Positions 17,248 to 26,482 of a stretch of DNA of 26,482 nucleotides are shown piece after piece. The stretch spans positions 1 to 26,482 of the forward strand of contig CAVUHW010000032.1 of NCBI GenBank assembly GCA_963741205.1, in the 5' to 3' direction. The translations under genes were made by a program, and so were the position numbers. Numbering within the stretch: the first letter of the stretch is position 1; every line of letters begins with the position of its first letter. The notes beneath the pieces were generated by a model that saw only the letters and a list, made by a program, of their open reading frames with translations, was not told where the DNA came from and did no database searches. This stretch comes from Nitrospirota bacterium. GTDB taxonomy: Bacteria; Nitrospirota; UBA9217.

Positions 17248-19769
17248 ATGGATATTACACGCAGAAATTTCATCAAGCTGGGAATGGCGGCCGGCTCAGC
17301 AGCCGCTGTTGGCGGGACAAGTTCATTCGCGGAAGCTGCCGAGCCTGAACTTGGCGGAAGAGGCGTTCATGTGAAGGATGACCGGGTGAGCGGCGAGGAA
17401 TGGGACAAGGTTGTGCCCTACACCTGCCTCGTTTGCAATATCGAGGACGGCGGCCTCGCCTATGTCAAGAACGGAAGGGTGAAGAAGCTTGAGGGCAATG
17501 ACAAGCACGTGTCCACGCGGGGAAGGCTCTGCGCGAAGGGCAATTCCGGGATCGGGCATATCTACGATCCGGACAGGATACTCTATCCCCTGAAAAGGAC
17601 AGGGCCGCGGGGAAGCGGAAAGTGGAAGCGGGTCTCCTGGGACGAGGCGATCACAGAGGTGGCCGCGAAGATCACGGCAATCGAGGCAAGCGGGCATCCG
17701 AATGAGATCATGATGAAGTGGGGCAGGAACCGCTCCGGGGGCGCGGCCGAACGGTTCATGGCGACCCTGGGCTCCAACACGATCGTGAACCACACCTCCA
17801 CCTGCGAGGCGTCCAAGAAGATCGGCATGGAGCCCACGTGGGGTCCGGACATCGAGACGCCTGACTTCGAGAACACCAAGTACATCATCAACTTCGGGAG
17901 CAATATCCTCGAGGCAGGGTACTTCATGAACCCCTACTCGCAGCGGCTCATGGACGGACTCGTGGACGGAAAGGCGAAGCTCGTCACCTTCGACGTGCGG
18001 CTCTCCAATACCGCGGCGAAGAGCGACGAATGGATCCCGCTTTTCCCGGGCACGGACGGCATCGTGGCCCTCGCCATGGCGAACGTCATCATGCAGGAAG
18101 GGCTTGCGGACAGGGACTTCATCAACACCTGGACGAACTATCCCGCTGACAAGCTCGAAGAGCATTTGAAGCAGTTCACTCCCGAGATGGCGGAGAAATA
18201 TTCCGGGGTCCCGGCAAAGGACATCAGAAGGATCGCGATCGAGTTCGCCAGCGTCAGGCCGGCCACGACCTACACCTACCGGGGGCCGTGCAAGCACCTC
18301 TACGGGTCCTACAACGAGCGGTGCACCATGCTCCTTCCCATCATCACGGGGAACATCGACGTGAAGGGCGGATACTGCCTGCCGAGAGGCATGGGCTATG
18401 ACCAGCCCCAGCCCACGCCCCCGAAGGCCAAGGAGCCGAGCTATCTTTCCACGCCGCCCGATTATCCCCTGGCGCACCATAAGGTGAGCCACTTGACGCC
18501 TTTCTGGATCAAGGAGGGAAAGCAGAAGATCGGGCATGTATTTCAACTACATGTCCTGCGAGGCGTTCACGAACCCTGCCGCGAGCTACTGGCGGGAGGT
18601 GCTGCTCGACGAAAAGCTCATTCCCTTCAGCGTTACCTTCTCGAACCAGATGAACGAGACCACCGTGCTGATGGACCTCGTCCTGCCGGACTGCAGCTAC
18701 CTCGAACGGCACGATCCCGAGAGCATGCCGTCGAGCCTGTGGCCGTGGGTCGGCATCAGGCAGCCTGTCGTGAAGCCCCTCGGAGAGGCGATCGAGTTCA
18801 GGGAAATCCTCAAGATGATCATCCAGAAAGTGGACCCTGACGGCAAAAAGGGCATGAGGCAGTACTGGGAGTTCAAGGACGGCGAGGACTATCTCCGCAG
18901 ACAGTTCGAGAACATTCCCGGCCTCAAGGAAGCGGGCGGCTACGACTTTCTCAAGAAAAACGGCGTCTGGCCCGTGTACGGCACCCTCGATCCCGCGACC
19001 GGGAAGATCATGGGCAAGGACGGCAAGCTGATCAAGCCGGAGTACGGCCTTTACATGAAGGAAGACCCGAACGGAAAGGTAACCGTGGGCGGCAAGAAGC
19101 GCAAGGGTTTCGGCACACCGGACGGCAAGATCAAAATCTATGTTTCGTTACGAGAAATACGGGTTCAGCCCGCTTCCGACGTTCAAGGCCCACCCGTGGC
19201 ACTGGGAGAAGAACGGCTCGTCAAAACTCAAGGACGACCAGATGATCATGACCACCTTCAAGTGGAACGTCCATGTCCAGAGCAGGACGGCCAATCTGAA
19301 GTGGATGAACGAGATCGTGCACAAGAATCCCGCCTGGCTCAATCCCGAGACCGCCGGAAAGCTCGGGATCAAGGACGGAGCCCTGATCAGGATCACGACC
19401 CCCGTAGGGTACATGGTGACGATGGCTAAGGTCACCGAGGGAATCCACCCCAGGGTCGTAGCGGTCTCCAATACCCTGGGGATGAAATTCGGCAGGGTCG
19501 CCATGGCCGACAAGGACGCTCCCATGCCGATGTGGGGCGGGGTGGAGGAGCCGGACCTGAAGAACATCTGGTGGAAGGCCGAAGGGGTCAACCCGAACTA
19601 CGTGATCCCGGTCTCCGCTGACCCGATCGGCGGCTCGCAGGGCTGGTACGACACCGTCGCATCCGTCGCTCCGGCAAAGCCCGGGGACAAGTTCGGCGAC
19701 GTCATGGTTGACAACGCAAAGCACTTCGAGTTCTTCAAGGAGAAAAGTGGAGAAACTTCCTCCCGCTGA
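17248..19769 (+). CDS. Tat-exported molybdopterin oxidoreductase catalytic subunit, Psr/Arr/Arx/Ttr branch (~840 aa, two apparent frameshifts)
   Basis: TRRNFIK Tat motif, CLVCNIED...LCAKG, YDPDRILYPLKR, NHTSTCEAS (Cys Mo ligand), DLVLPDCSYLER, HVQSRTAN. Shifts near 18535 and 19148. Confidence 0.9.
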
Positions 19770-20127
19770 ATTGAAGACGGGACATTAAGAGTTAACCCTT
19801 CCTGTGTCTGTGGGGGTGGACTATTTTGGGCCGCCCTCACGGGCCCGGACGATCTGATGAACCTGCCTCGCAACTCCCCTCTGCCCGGCAATTTGAACGC
19901 CGCCGGGTTACGCTATTCGAAGTCCTCTTCATCGAAGCGGGGGAGATACTTGAAAACTTCCTCAGGAAGACGACCGAGCTGTCCCGCAATCTCAGCGCAG
20001 AAGACCTATTGAATCGTTTGGCAGGACGCACGGCATGCCCAGAGTCGCGATTATCAACTTCTACGTAATACCCACTGGCGGAAAACAAACCAAAAGCGTT
20101 ATAATATTGTAATCGCATAAATAGAGG

Positions 20128-20732
20128 ATGACCATGTCTTTTAGTAAACAGGATTTTTCTACAATATACGATGAGTATTATCCGAAGATCGTCAGATATC
20201 TCACAAGGCTGATTGGCGAGTTAGAGGCAGAGGACGCGGCTCAGGAAACGTTCGTAAAAATAGATCGCTCGCTTGATAACTTTCGTGGTGAATCCAGTCT
20301 GTCCACATGGATCTACCGGATTGCAACAAACACGGCAATGGATCATCTCCGCAGGCCCTCCTCGAAGCGATCAGTGCGACCCACGGAAGAAAAAGACGTT
20401 CTGGGAGATGAAGATGCCGGGCCCATCGACAACAAGCCTTTGCTCGATACACTGCTGATCCGGAAGGACATGAATGATTGTATCCGGGGCGTTGTTGACA
20501 GCCTTCCTGGCGACTACAGCACTGTGCTCGTTCTGAGTGAATTCGAAGGTTTGACGAATTCGGAAATTGCCGAGATCATCAGCATATCTCTGGACACGGT
20601 AAAGATCAGACTGCACCGCGCGAGGACGAAGCTCAGGAAGGCACTTGAAGCCAAATGCAATTTCTACCGCGATGAACGAAACGAACTCTCCTGCGACCAC
20701 AAGACCACCCCTCTGAAATTCCTCAAAAATAA
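20128..20732 (+). CDS. ECF sigma-70 factor with Cys-containing C-terminal tail
   Basis: AEDAAQETF, FRGESSLSTWIYRIATN, EIAEII...TVKIRLHRAR, tail CNFYRDERNELSCDHK. As sequenced it reads through to 21051; one more A in the run at 20725-29 gives a TAA stop. Confidence 0.85.
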
Positions 20733-20737
20733 TAAGA

Positions 20738-20766
20738 TGTATCCTTTTTCTCCCTCCCTTCGTCTA
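20738..20766 (+). promoter_or_regulatory. ECF-type promoter
   Basis: TGTATCC-N16-CGTCTA directly after the sigma gene and before SD AGGAGGTG (20777-84). Confidence 0.6.
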
Positions 20767-20790
20767 TATGGTCGAAAGGAGGTGAGGCAT

Positions 20791-21051
20791 ATGTTTCCGT
20801 GCTTGGGTTTTGGCTATGGATATTGGTGGATATTTCCGATCATTATGACCGCAATGATGGTTCTTTGCTTCTTCATGATGAGAGGACATGCGGGTTCGAT
20901 GACGTGCGGCCCGGGTTTCGGCAGATCGGGCAGCCACAGCGAAAGTGCATCCGATCGTCTTCTTGATATTCTGAACAGAAAGTATGATCAGGGAGAGATC
21001 AATAAGCAGGGGTATGAAGAGAAGAAAAAAGACATTGCGGGGCGCACATAA
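20791..21051 (+). CDS. Small membrane protein with SHOCT domain
   Basis: Strong SD; one TM helix (WWIFPIIMTAMMVLCFFMM); LDILNRKYDQGEINKQGYEEKKKDI. Confidence 0.8.
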   Translation: MFPCLGFGYGYWWIFPIIMTAMMVLCFFMMRGHAGSMTCGPGFGRSGSHSESASDRLLDILNRKYDQGEINKQGYEEKKKDIAGRT

Positions 21052-21085
21052 CAGTCGCCTGAAAATCGCAAGGAGGATGACTGAA

Positions 21086-21322
21086 ATGACTGCTGAAGAA
21101 ACAAACAAGAAGGAAGACAAGACGAAATCGGAAGGTTCGGGTCCAATGGGGTCCGGGATGATGGATGTGATGGGAAAATGCTGCTCAGGTGAAGGAGCTT
21201 TTGCCGACTGCTCAACTATGATGAAAGGCATGATTAAGAAAATGAGAAGCCAATCCTGTTGCGCGCCAAAAACAAAGGATACCGGGCCTGAGGAGGGGAA
21301 AAATGAAAGAGCCGATCAATAG
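21086..21322 (+). CDS. Small Cys/Met-rich hypothetical protein
   Basis: SD AGGAGG (21071-76); 78 aa with two CC pairs, one further Cys and many Met. Confidence 0.65.
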   Translation: MTAEETNKKEDKTKSEGSGPMGSGMMDVMGKCCSGEGAFADCSTMMKGMIKKMRSQSCCAPKTKDTGPEEGKNERADQ

Positions 21323-21878
21323 TTTCGCCCTTGAGGTTTCAAGAACCTGCAAGAGCTGTCCAACGGGAGAAATAGCCGGATCCAGAAATCTTGAAGAAGG
21401 GAAAATTCCGGTACTGTCCTGCGAAGGGGCGTGTATACGGGGCGAGATAGCGCGGCTCGCCGCCAATATGGTTGCAAAAGAGGAACCATACCGGCGTGGC
21501 TGTCACGGAGAATTATTCACTGTGCCCGAATCGGCCCTGGCTCAATGGATCAAGAAGGCAGGAAAAATCGTGCTGATTGACGGATGTTTTCTCAGGTGTC
21601 ATGGCAGGATACTGGAAAATCTCGTCGGGAAGGAGAACCTGGTCCAGTTCGACGCGCTTTCTTTTTACGGGAAAAGAATATACTGACCGCTTTGATATCG
21701 ATTCAGTCCCGGAAGCGGAGCGCAAAAAGACGGCGCGGAAGGTGGCGGACATCGTCCTGGAAGCGTTGAAAAAAGCGCCTGTGCGCGAGACGGGGTTCCG
21801 GCCGGGACGGGATGCGGTGCTGTAGCAACTGGCGCTATACCAGAATCCGCGGCGGTGTCAGGTTGCGGCTGCAGCTGA
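21303..21878 (+). CDS. DGC-domain putative zinc/metal-binding protein (two apparent frameshifts)
   Basis: CKSC, VLSCEGAC, VLIDGCFLRC, then KYTDRFDID..., then a third-frame tail TGCGAVATGAIPESAAVSGCGCS*. Confidence 0.7.
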
Positions 21879-21954
21879 ATTAAAAACGTATATGAATGTC
21901 CCGTACGTAAGGACTCTCATAAACCAGTTAGACTCATCCAATGGGACTTTGTAA

Positions 21955-22057
21955 AGAAGGGCGCTATGCGTAATCGCTCTACTCATGGGCGCGTACGTAA
22001 CCATCGCCGGTATGTGCCCGATTGACACGATGATGCAGAAGATGCCCGGGCAGTAAT
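21955..22057 (+). pseudogene. Possible DUF2892/YgaP-like membrane protein remnant
   Basis: Frame RRALCVIALLMGAYVTIAGMCPIDTMMQKMPGQ* resembles the GxCP...KMP end of that family; no intact 5' part. Confidence 0.3.
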
Positions 22058-22118
22058 GATTAAGGAGAAAGAACGCGCAACCGCCACCTAATACGGGCGG
22101 TATGAGGAGGTATTACAA

Positions 22119-22655
22119 ATGCCATTCTCTCTTAAAGATCGTGATATATCTGCTGATATCTCTAATGTTCATTCTGCTCTGATTGTACCTTGCAGATTCT
22201 GCCCGGCTGCCAGTCTCTCTGTGAGAGAGAAGAAACCTTTCATACAGCTATTTAGCAGATTTCTAAAAACCGAAGCATATGAATCGTATATTAAGGAATT
22301 GAAATCCCGTCTGGAGCATGCCGGCATCAAAGCAGAAGTATTTTACAGCAGGCTGCCTCATCACTTCGTTGTTTGCATGTGGACATCAGGACGCCGGCAA
22401 GACCTAAAAAAACGCGCATCGGGGTTCGACGCTGTTATAGTACTGGGCTGTGGTGCTGCTGTAAAGACCGCCGAGGACTGCATAGAATCTGCTACGTGTA
22501 AGATCATCCCTGGTATGGAAGTTGATGGCATCATGAATGTTATTCCGTCGTTTCAACTCCCTTGTACTATATCGCTTGAAGTAACCAGTGTGATTCGAGT
22601 GCTTGAGTACCGATCAGGAACTATTGTGTCATGCAGTCAGGGAAAGACGAACTAA
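22119..22655 (+). CDS. Cys-rich hypothetical protein, resembling the N-terminal domain of MetV-type proteins
   Basis: SD GAGGAGG; ALIVPCRFCP, VVCMW, DAVIVLGCGAAV. Confidence 0.6.
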   Translation: MPFSLKDRDISADISNVHSALIVPCRFCPAASLSVREKKPFIQLFSRFLKTEAYESYIKELKSRLEHAGIKAEVFYSRLPHHFVVCMWTSGRRQDLKKRASGFDAVIVLGCGAAVKTAEDCIESATCKIIPGMEVDGIMNVIPSFQLPCTISLEVTSVIRVLEYRSGTIVSCSQGKTN

Positions 22656-22787
22656 CAGCAGTCTCACCTACGACTGGTATCAGGACAAGCCGAACCAAGC
22701 TAATGCAGAGGACGGCCTTCATCCACGGTCGAGAGGGGCCGTGAAAGCTGCCCCCATTACCACATTGGGCCACGGAAGGACAGACTG

Positions 22788-23533
22788 ATGCAGTCAGCGA
22801 ATCGATTTGCAGCTTATTTGGTAATCGTCCTAGCCACTCTTTCTGGCGGAGGCTCGTTGCTAATCTTCGGTGCTTTCCTGATCGCCGGGCCTTTTACCGT
22901 TATCCACTTGAACATCTCGGAACCGAGGCGTTGCTATGGGACGGGTTCCTGTCCGCAGTGTTCTTCCTTCAGCATAGCGGGATGATACGATCGTCATTTC
23001 GTACTTGGCTTTCGTCCATTATACCCGCCCACTACTACTCCGCAACGTATGCAATCGCATCCGGCACAGTCCTCACAGCCGTGGTGCTTCTATGGAAGCC
23101 ATCGCACACGACTCTCTTTGAGGTCCAGGGGCTTTTGCGGATACCGTTTCGTGCCGCCTTCCTCCTTGCCGTTGCCGGTTTTGTGTGGGGCGTTCGGACG
23201 CTTGGAGAATTTGATCCCTTTGGCCGGCTCTCCATTTTAACGCACTTGAATAACAAGCAGCAGGCGCCGCACTTGGTTGTTCGAGGCCCCTATCTCTGGG
23301 TCCGTCACCCACTTTATTTCTTCATGTTGGTTTTCATCTGGGCAACTCCCTCCTTGAGTTTAGACCGCTTACTCTTCAATTTGCTCTGGACATTCTGGAT
23401 CGTTCTCGGTTCTTGCCTTGAGGAGAAGGATCTTGTTGCTGAATTTGGCGAGAGCTATCGTCACTATCAAGACATGGTCCCGATGCTCATTCCGTGGAGA
23501 TGTCCTGTTGGGAAAATTTTCAAGACACCATGA
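22788..23533 (+). CDS. ICMT/NnrU/MddA-like integral-membrane methyltransferase (one apparent frameshift near 22925)
   Basis: FFLQHSGMIR, GPYLWVRHPLY, EEKDLVAEFGESYRHY...VPMLIP; several TM helices. Confidence 0.8.
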
Positions 23534-23981
23534 AATAATGCATTCCAATTCTGGAATGGTTGTGCCATGGTGCCTTTCTATGCAGTCAGCTCGCCCAGCC
23601 TGCAGCCGGCTGCTTCGCAAAGCTGAGCTTGCTGTTCCAATGCACAGTTCAATAAAGTCGGCAATTAACAAAAAGTAGAAATACCCTGTTAATTTCAACT
23701 GGTATTTCACACTTTGCCAATCGAGTGCGGACGTGAAGTAGTAGGTTCAGCGCGCAGATCATCCTGTAGGTCACGCCAAACACAACTCTCGGGGCTGCGC
23801 ACTTCATGCCGAATTTGTTAACGCATGGCCAAGAGAGATTCTTTCCCCATCATCCTTTCCCCGTCCTTTTCCCGCCATAATCGAATTCGTTGACAACCAA
23901 CTGGATAAGTCGTAAATTGCAACAAATTATGTCACGCCACTCGAAGCCGCTGCTTCAAGTGTTGCACTTCGAGATTGAATT

Positions 23982-25312
23982 CAGTCCTGTCCGGTTGTTA
24001 CGTAAATAGATTCAATTGGTTATCATCACGATGTTCTATTTCGTGATTAATTGTTTCGTTAACCAGCTGAGAAATGGGTATTTTCTCAAAAAGGTTGACC
24101 TCCAGAATCTGTAGAATCGTATGGAGACTGCCAGGAAGGTTTAATCGCTTCTTGACAATCGCCACGAGCAGATAGACACTCACCGCAGTCCAGATTTGAG
24201 TCTTGACCGCATTGGGTGATGTTCCAAAGAACGACTTGATGCGAAGATGCTGCTTGATCCATTTGAAGAACAGCTCGACCTGCCATCGGGATCGATAAAT
24301 ATCGGCGACCGTTTTGGCTGGGAGTAAGAAGTTGTTCGTTAGAAACACCAGACGCTTGTCTCGTTCGGCATCGTGATAACGCACCCGGCGCAAAGGATCG
24401 GGATAGGCCATACGCGATTTGTAGCCGACGAGCAGAACTGTCTGATCGGCTTGTACGCCGATGGCTTTGTCCACTGATGCGGAATAGATGCGGCGCAATC
24501 TGGTGTTGTGTTTGCTTCGAATAACGAAGAACGCCGAAAGCTGATTGATATGATAGAGCCGCTCGAAATCGAGATAGGCGCGGTCCATCGTATAGACCGA
24601 ATCGGCTTCGAATGGAACGGCATCCATCATATTGACGTCGTGAACGCTGCCGGGAGTCACGAAAATAAAGGTCGGGATTGATCCCTGCACGTTGAGCAAA
24701 GTGTGAATCTTGACGGCTGCTTTCTTTTTTCGAAACGTCGCCCACGGGAATGTGGACAAGCAGAGATCGATAACCGTTGAGTCCAACGCATAGACCGCGA
24801 GCTTCAGGTCGAGGCCAAGCTCCTCGTTCCGGTAGAGTTTGCTGGCGATATCGATGAGTATATAGCCGAAGTCCTGATAAATGCGGAAGTCCCGAAGCTC
24901 GTTGGCGTCTGCTAGCGTGGACTTTGCGATCTTCCCTCGGAATCCCATGTGATAGAGCTTTGGTCGATGGGAATTGAGGCACGTTATGATGTCGCGTAGG
25001 CTTTCTCGATAGGTCAGTTGAGCAAAGGCCATGCAGAGAAACTGATCCGTACACGAGAAACTCCTGACCTTGTGATTGCCTTGGTAACGAAGGACGCATT
25101 GATTGAACTCGTATCGTGGTAGATGCTCGATCAGTTGAGCGAAGATCGTTTTCCCGGAATTCATCCTGGTCCCCCCTCATGCAGTGATGAGGTGAATTAT
25201 AAGATGATTCTGGATAAATTGAGTTCAAATCGAAAAGTTGCATATAGGGTTTTTTATCTTTGTATGACAGTGAGTTATCACACATTAGAAAAACGATAAC
25301 CGGACACTAAGG
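23982..25312 (-). mobile_element. IS4-family insertion sequence
   Basis: Imperfect terminal IRs CAGTCCTGTCCGGTT and CCTTAGTGTCCGGTT (11/15) flank the transposase; no adjacent target duplication. Confidence 0.8.
23998..25164 (-). CDS. IS4-family DDE transposase (DUF4372-type N-terminus)
   Basis: QLTYRESLRDI, ALDSTVI, MDRAY, YRSRWQVELFFKWIKQ (YREK motif); 388 aa, intact. Confidence 0.95.
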   Translation of the reverse strand: MNSGKTIFAQLIEHLPRYEFNQCVLRYQGNHKVRSFSCTDQFLCMAFAQLTYRESLRDIITCLNSHRPKLYHMGFRGKIAKSTLADANELRDFRIYQDFGYILIDIASKLYRNEELGLDLKLAVYALDSTVIDLCLSTFPWATFRKKKAAVKIHTLLNVQGSIPTFIFVTPGSVHDVNMMDAVPFEADSVYTMDRAYLDFERLYHINQLSAFFVIRSKHNTRLRRIYSASVDKAIGVQADQTVLLVGYKSRMAYPDPLRRVRYHDAERDKRLVFLTNNFLLPAKTVADIYRSRWQVELFFKWIKQHLRIKSFFGTSPNAVKTQIWTAVSVYLLVAIVKKRLNLPGSLHTILQILEVNLFEKIPISQLVNETINHEIEHRDDNQLNLFT

Positions 25313-25448
25313 TTTCCCCATCTGCTACATGTTGCTACTCTGTGCAATCCCCTGACGATGCTTTCATTAATTATCGATGCCCGCTACATGATTTGTGTTC
25401 TGTTTTCCTGATCGATTTTCTCGGGTGTTCCGTCAATTGTTAGACCCC

Positions 25449-25478
25449 GATAAAGCCAAACCCCTTGTGAGAGGGGTT
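25449..25478 (+). ncRNA. Degenerate GEMM-I riboswitch remnant (P2 only)
   Basis: GATAAAGCCAAACCCCTT-GTGA-GAGGGG matches the 5' half of GEMM-I with a GNRA loop; the GACGCAAAGCC/P3 part is not recognisable. Confidence 0.4.
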
Positions 25479-25572
25479 CCCATGCGCACACGGTCCGGGA
25501 AGCATGGCTTTCCAACTGACGGTCAGTCTTGCTTCAATGTCTTTATCGTCATCAAATGCAAAGGAGGCGTAT

Positions 25573-26080
25573 ATGAAAAGGCTTATCGTCGCGGTTTTTT
25601 TGACAGCTGCAGGTGGTTTCGATCATGCTTGATAGCGTGGCGTTCGCGGGAACAGCACAGAACAACGCGGGATGCGGTCTCGGGACGATGCTATTCAAGG
25701 ACAACGCCAATGATTCAGCTCTGCTCCAGGCGATCCAAGCATTCTTAAATTTCTTCCCGCCGTTGTCTCTCGTACCTACTGTTGGCATTACTGCTGGTTC
25801 GGCTGAATGCCAGAAGCCAAAGAAGTTTGCAAGCAGTGATCAGGTAAATGAATTTATGGCGGCCAACATGGACAATCTGGCTCGTGATATCGCCCAGGGC
25901 CGCGGCGAGACGCTCGATGCCTTCGCCGAAGGACTCTAACGGGTTCAGCGGAAGAGCGCCCCGAGTTCTGACTTGCGACTGCAGTCCGGTTTCAGCCGCA
26001 TTCTTGTACGTCTCCCAGATGTTCAGATCAGGCGGATGCGCCATGGACGATATCGCTGCCGTCTCACCCGCGGTTCTTGA
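25573..26080 (+). pseudogene. DUF3015-family exported protein, disrupted
   Basis: SD AAGGAGG, MKRLIVAVFL signal, AGCGLGTMLF, GITAGSAEC, NMDNLARDIAQGRGETLDAFAE. Frameshifts and stops; 3' end approximate. Confidence 0.7.
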
Positions 26081-26179
26081 GCGCGCCAGATTGTTGGTGG
26101 AACGCCCGGCTCCAGAGGCAATTCAAGCCCAAAATACAACTCTCCACTTGGTACACTAACTGGGGATAGGTCAACGCGT

Positions 26180-26482
26180 AGCTGTTAATCGCGACCCTCA
26201 CCTTCAGCGTCACCATGTCGCCTGCGTTAGCCGACAGCGACAAACGCGTGGTGAAAGTCATGACCCAAAACATGGATGCGGGAACAGATCTCCTATTCTA
26301 TTTTGCAAAGATCCGATTACTGCGACCAACTTACCTATAAGAACTACTGGCCACCGACTTCCGTGGCCGCGCCGGGCTGCTGGCGGACCAAATTGTCATC
26401 CAGCAACCCTATCTGATCTCTCTCCAGGAGGTAACGCTGTGGCAGACGATTTCGGCTACCGGGGAAGCCGGCATCCTGGCCG
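26180..26482 (+). pseudogene. Secreted endonuclease/exonuclease/phosphatase-family protein, N-terminal part (frameshifted, runs off the window)
   Basis: Signal-like LLIATLTFSVTMSPALA, VKVMTQNMDAGTDL, then RAGLLADQIVIQQPYLISLQEVTLW in another frame. Confidence 0.55.

Noticed and set aside
17323-18546. 407-aa minus-strand ORF
   Set aside because: Antisense shadow of the GC3-rich molybdoenzyme gene.
19826-20068. 80-aa ORF after the reductase as a third subunit
   Set aside because: TTG start with no convincing SD, no TM helices or cofactor motifs; at most a gene fragment.
20128-21051. Novel ECF-transmembrane-SHOCT fusion protein
   Set aside because: An internal promoter and strong SD precede ATG 20791, and one extra A in a homopolymer restores a stop, in a region full of indels.
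24086-25285. 399-aa ORF overlapping the IS4 transposase in another frame
   Set aside because: Ser/Arg-rich with no motifs; best explained as an alternative-frame by-product.
23842-25322. TTTCCCCATC at 23842 and 25313 as the IS4 target duplication
   Set aside because: The left copy is 130 bp from the IR and lies in a low-complexity pyrimidine tract.

Overview
This looks like accessory DNA from an anaerobic, cytochrome-rich Gram-negative bacterium (Geobacter/Desulfobacterota- or Nitrospirota-like; taxon inferred). From left to right: (1) an IS607-type element (serine recombinase TnpA plus an atypical TnpB) whose right end abuts the left end of an IS110/IS1111-type element with a readable bridge-RNA region. 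(2) A PAS-GGDEF-EAL gene. (3) A minus-strand extracellular electron-transfer locus: a sigma54-driven PgcA-like lipoprotein with ten tandem His/Met monoheme domains on Pro/Thr linkers plus a C-terminal triheme module, then a 3',3'-cGAMP-type GEMM-I riboswitch, a beta-barrel porin and two multiheme lipoproteins. (4) A molybdoenzyme island: truncated Fe-S subunit, two TorD chaperones, FmdE, ModE-like regulator, MoeA-like protein, and a Tat-exported Psr/Arr-superfamily reductase with unusual motifs and no membrane anchor. (5) A Cys-bearing ECF sigma factor with Cys-rich downstream genes. (6) An IS4 element and degraded genes at the right end. Many single-base frameshifts beyond ~13.9 kb are probably sequencing errors. 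All family calls come from motif recognition, not database searches.
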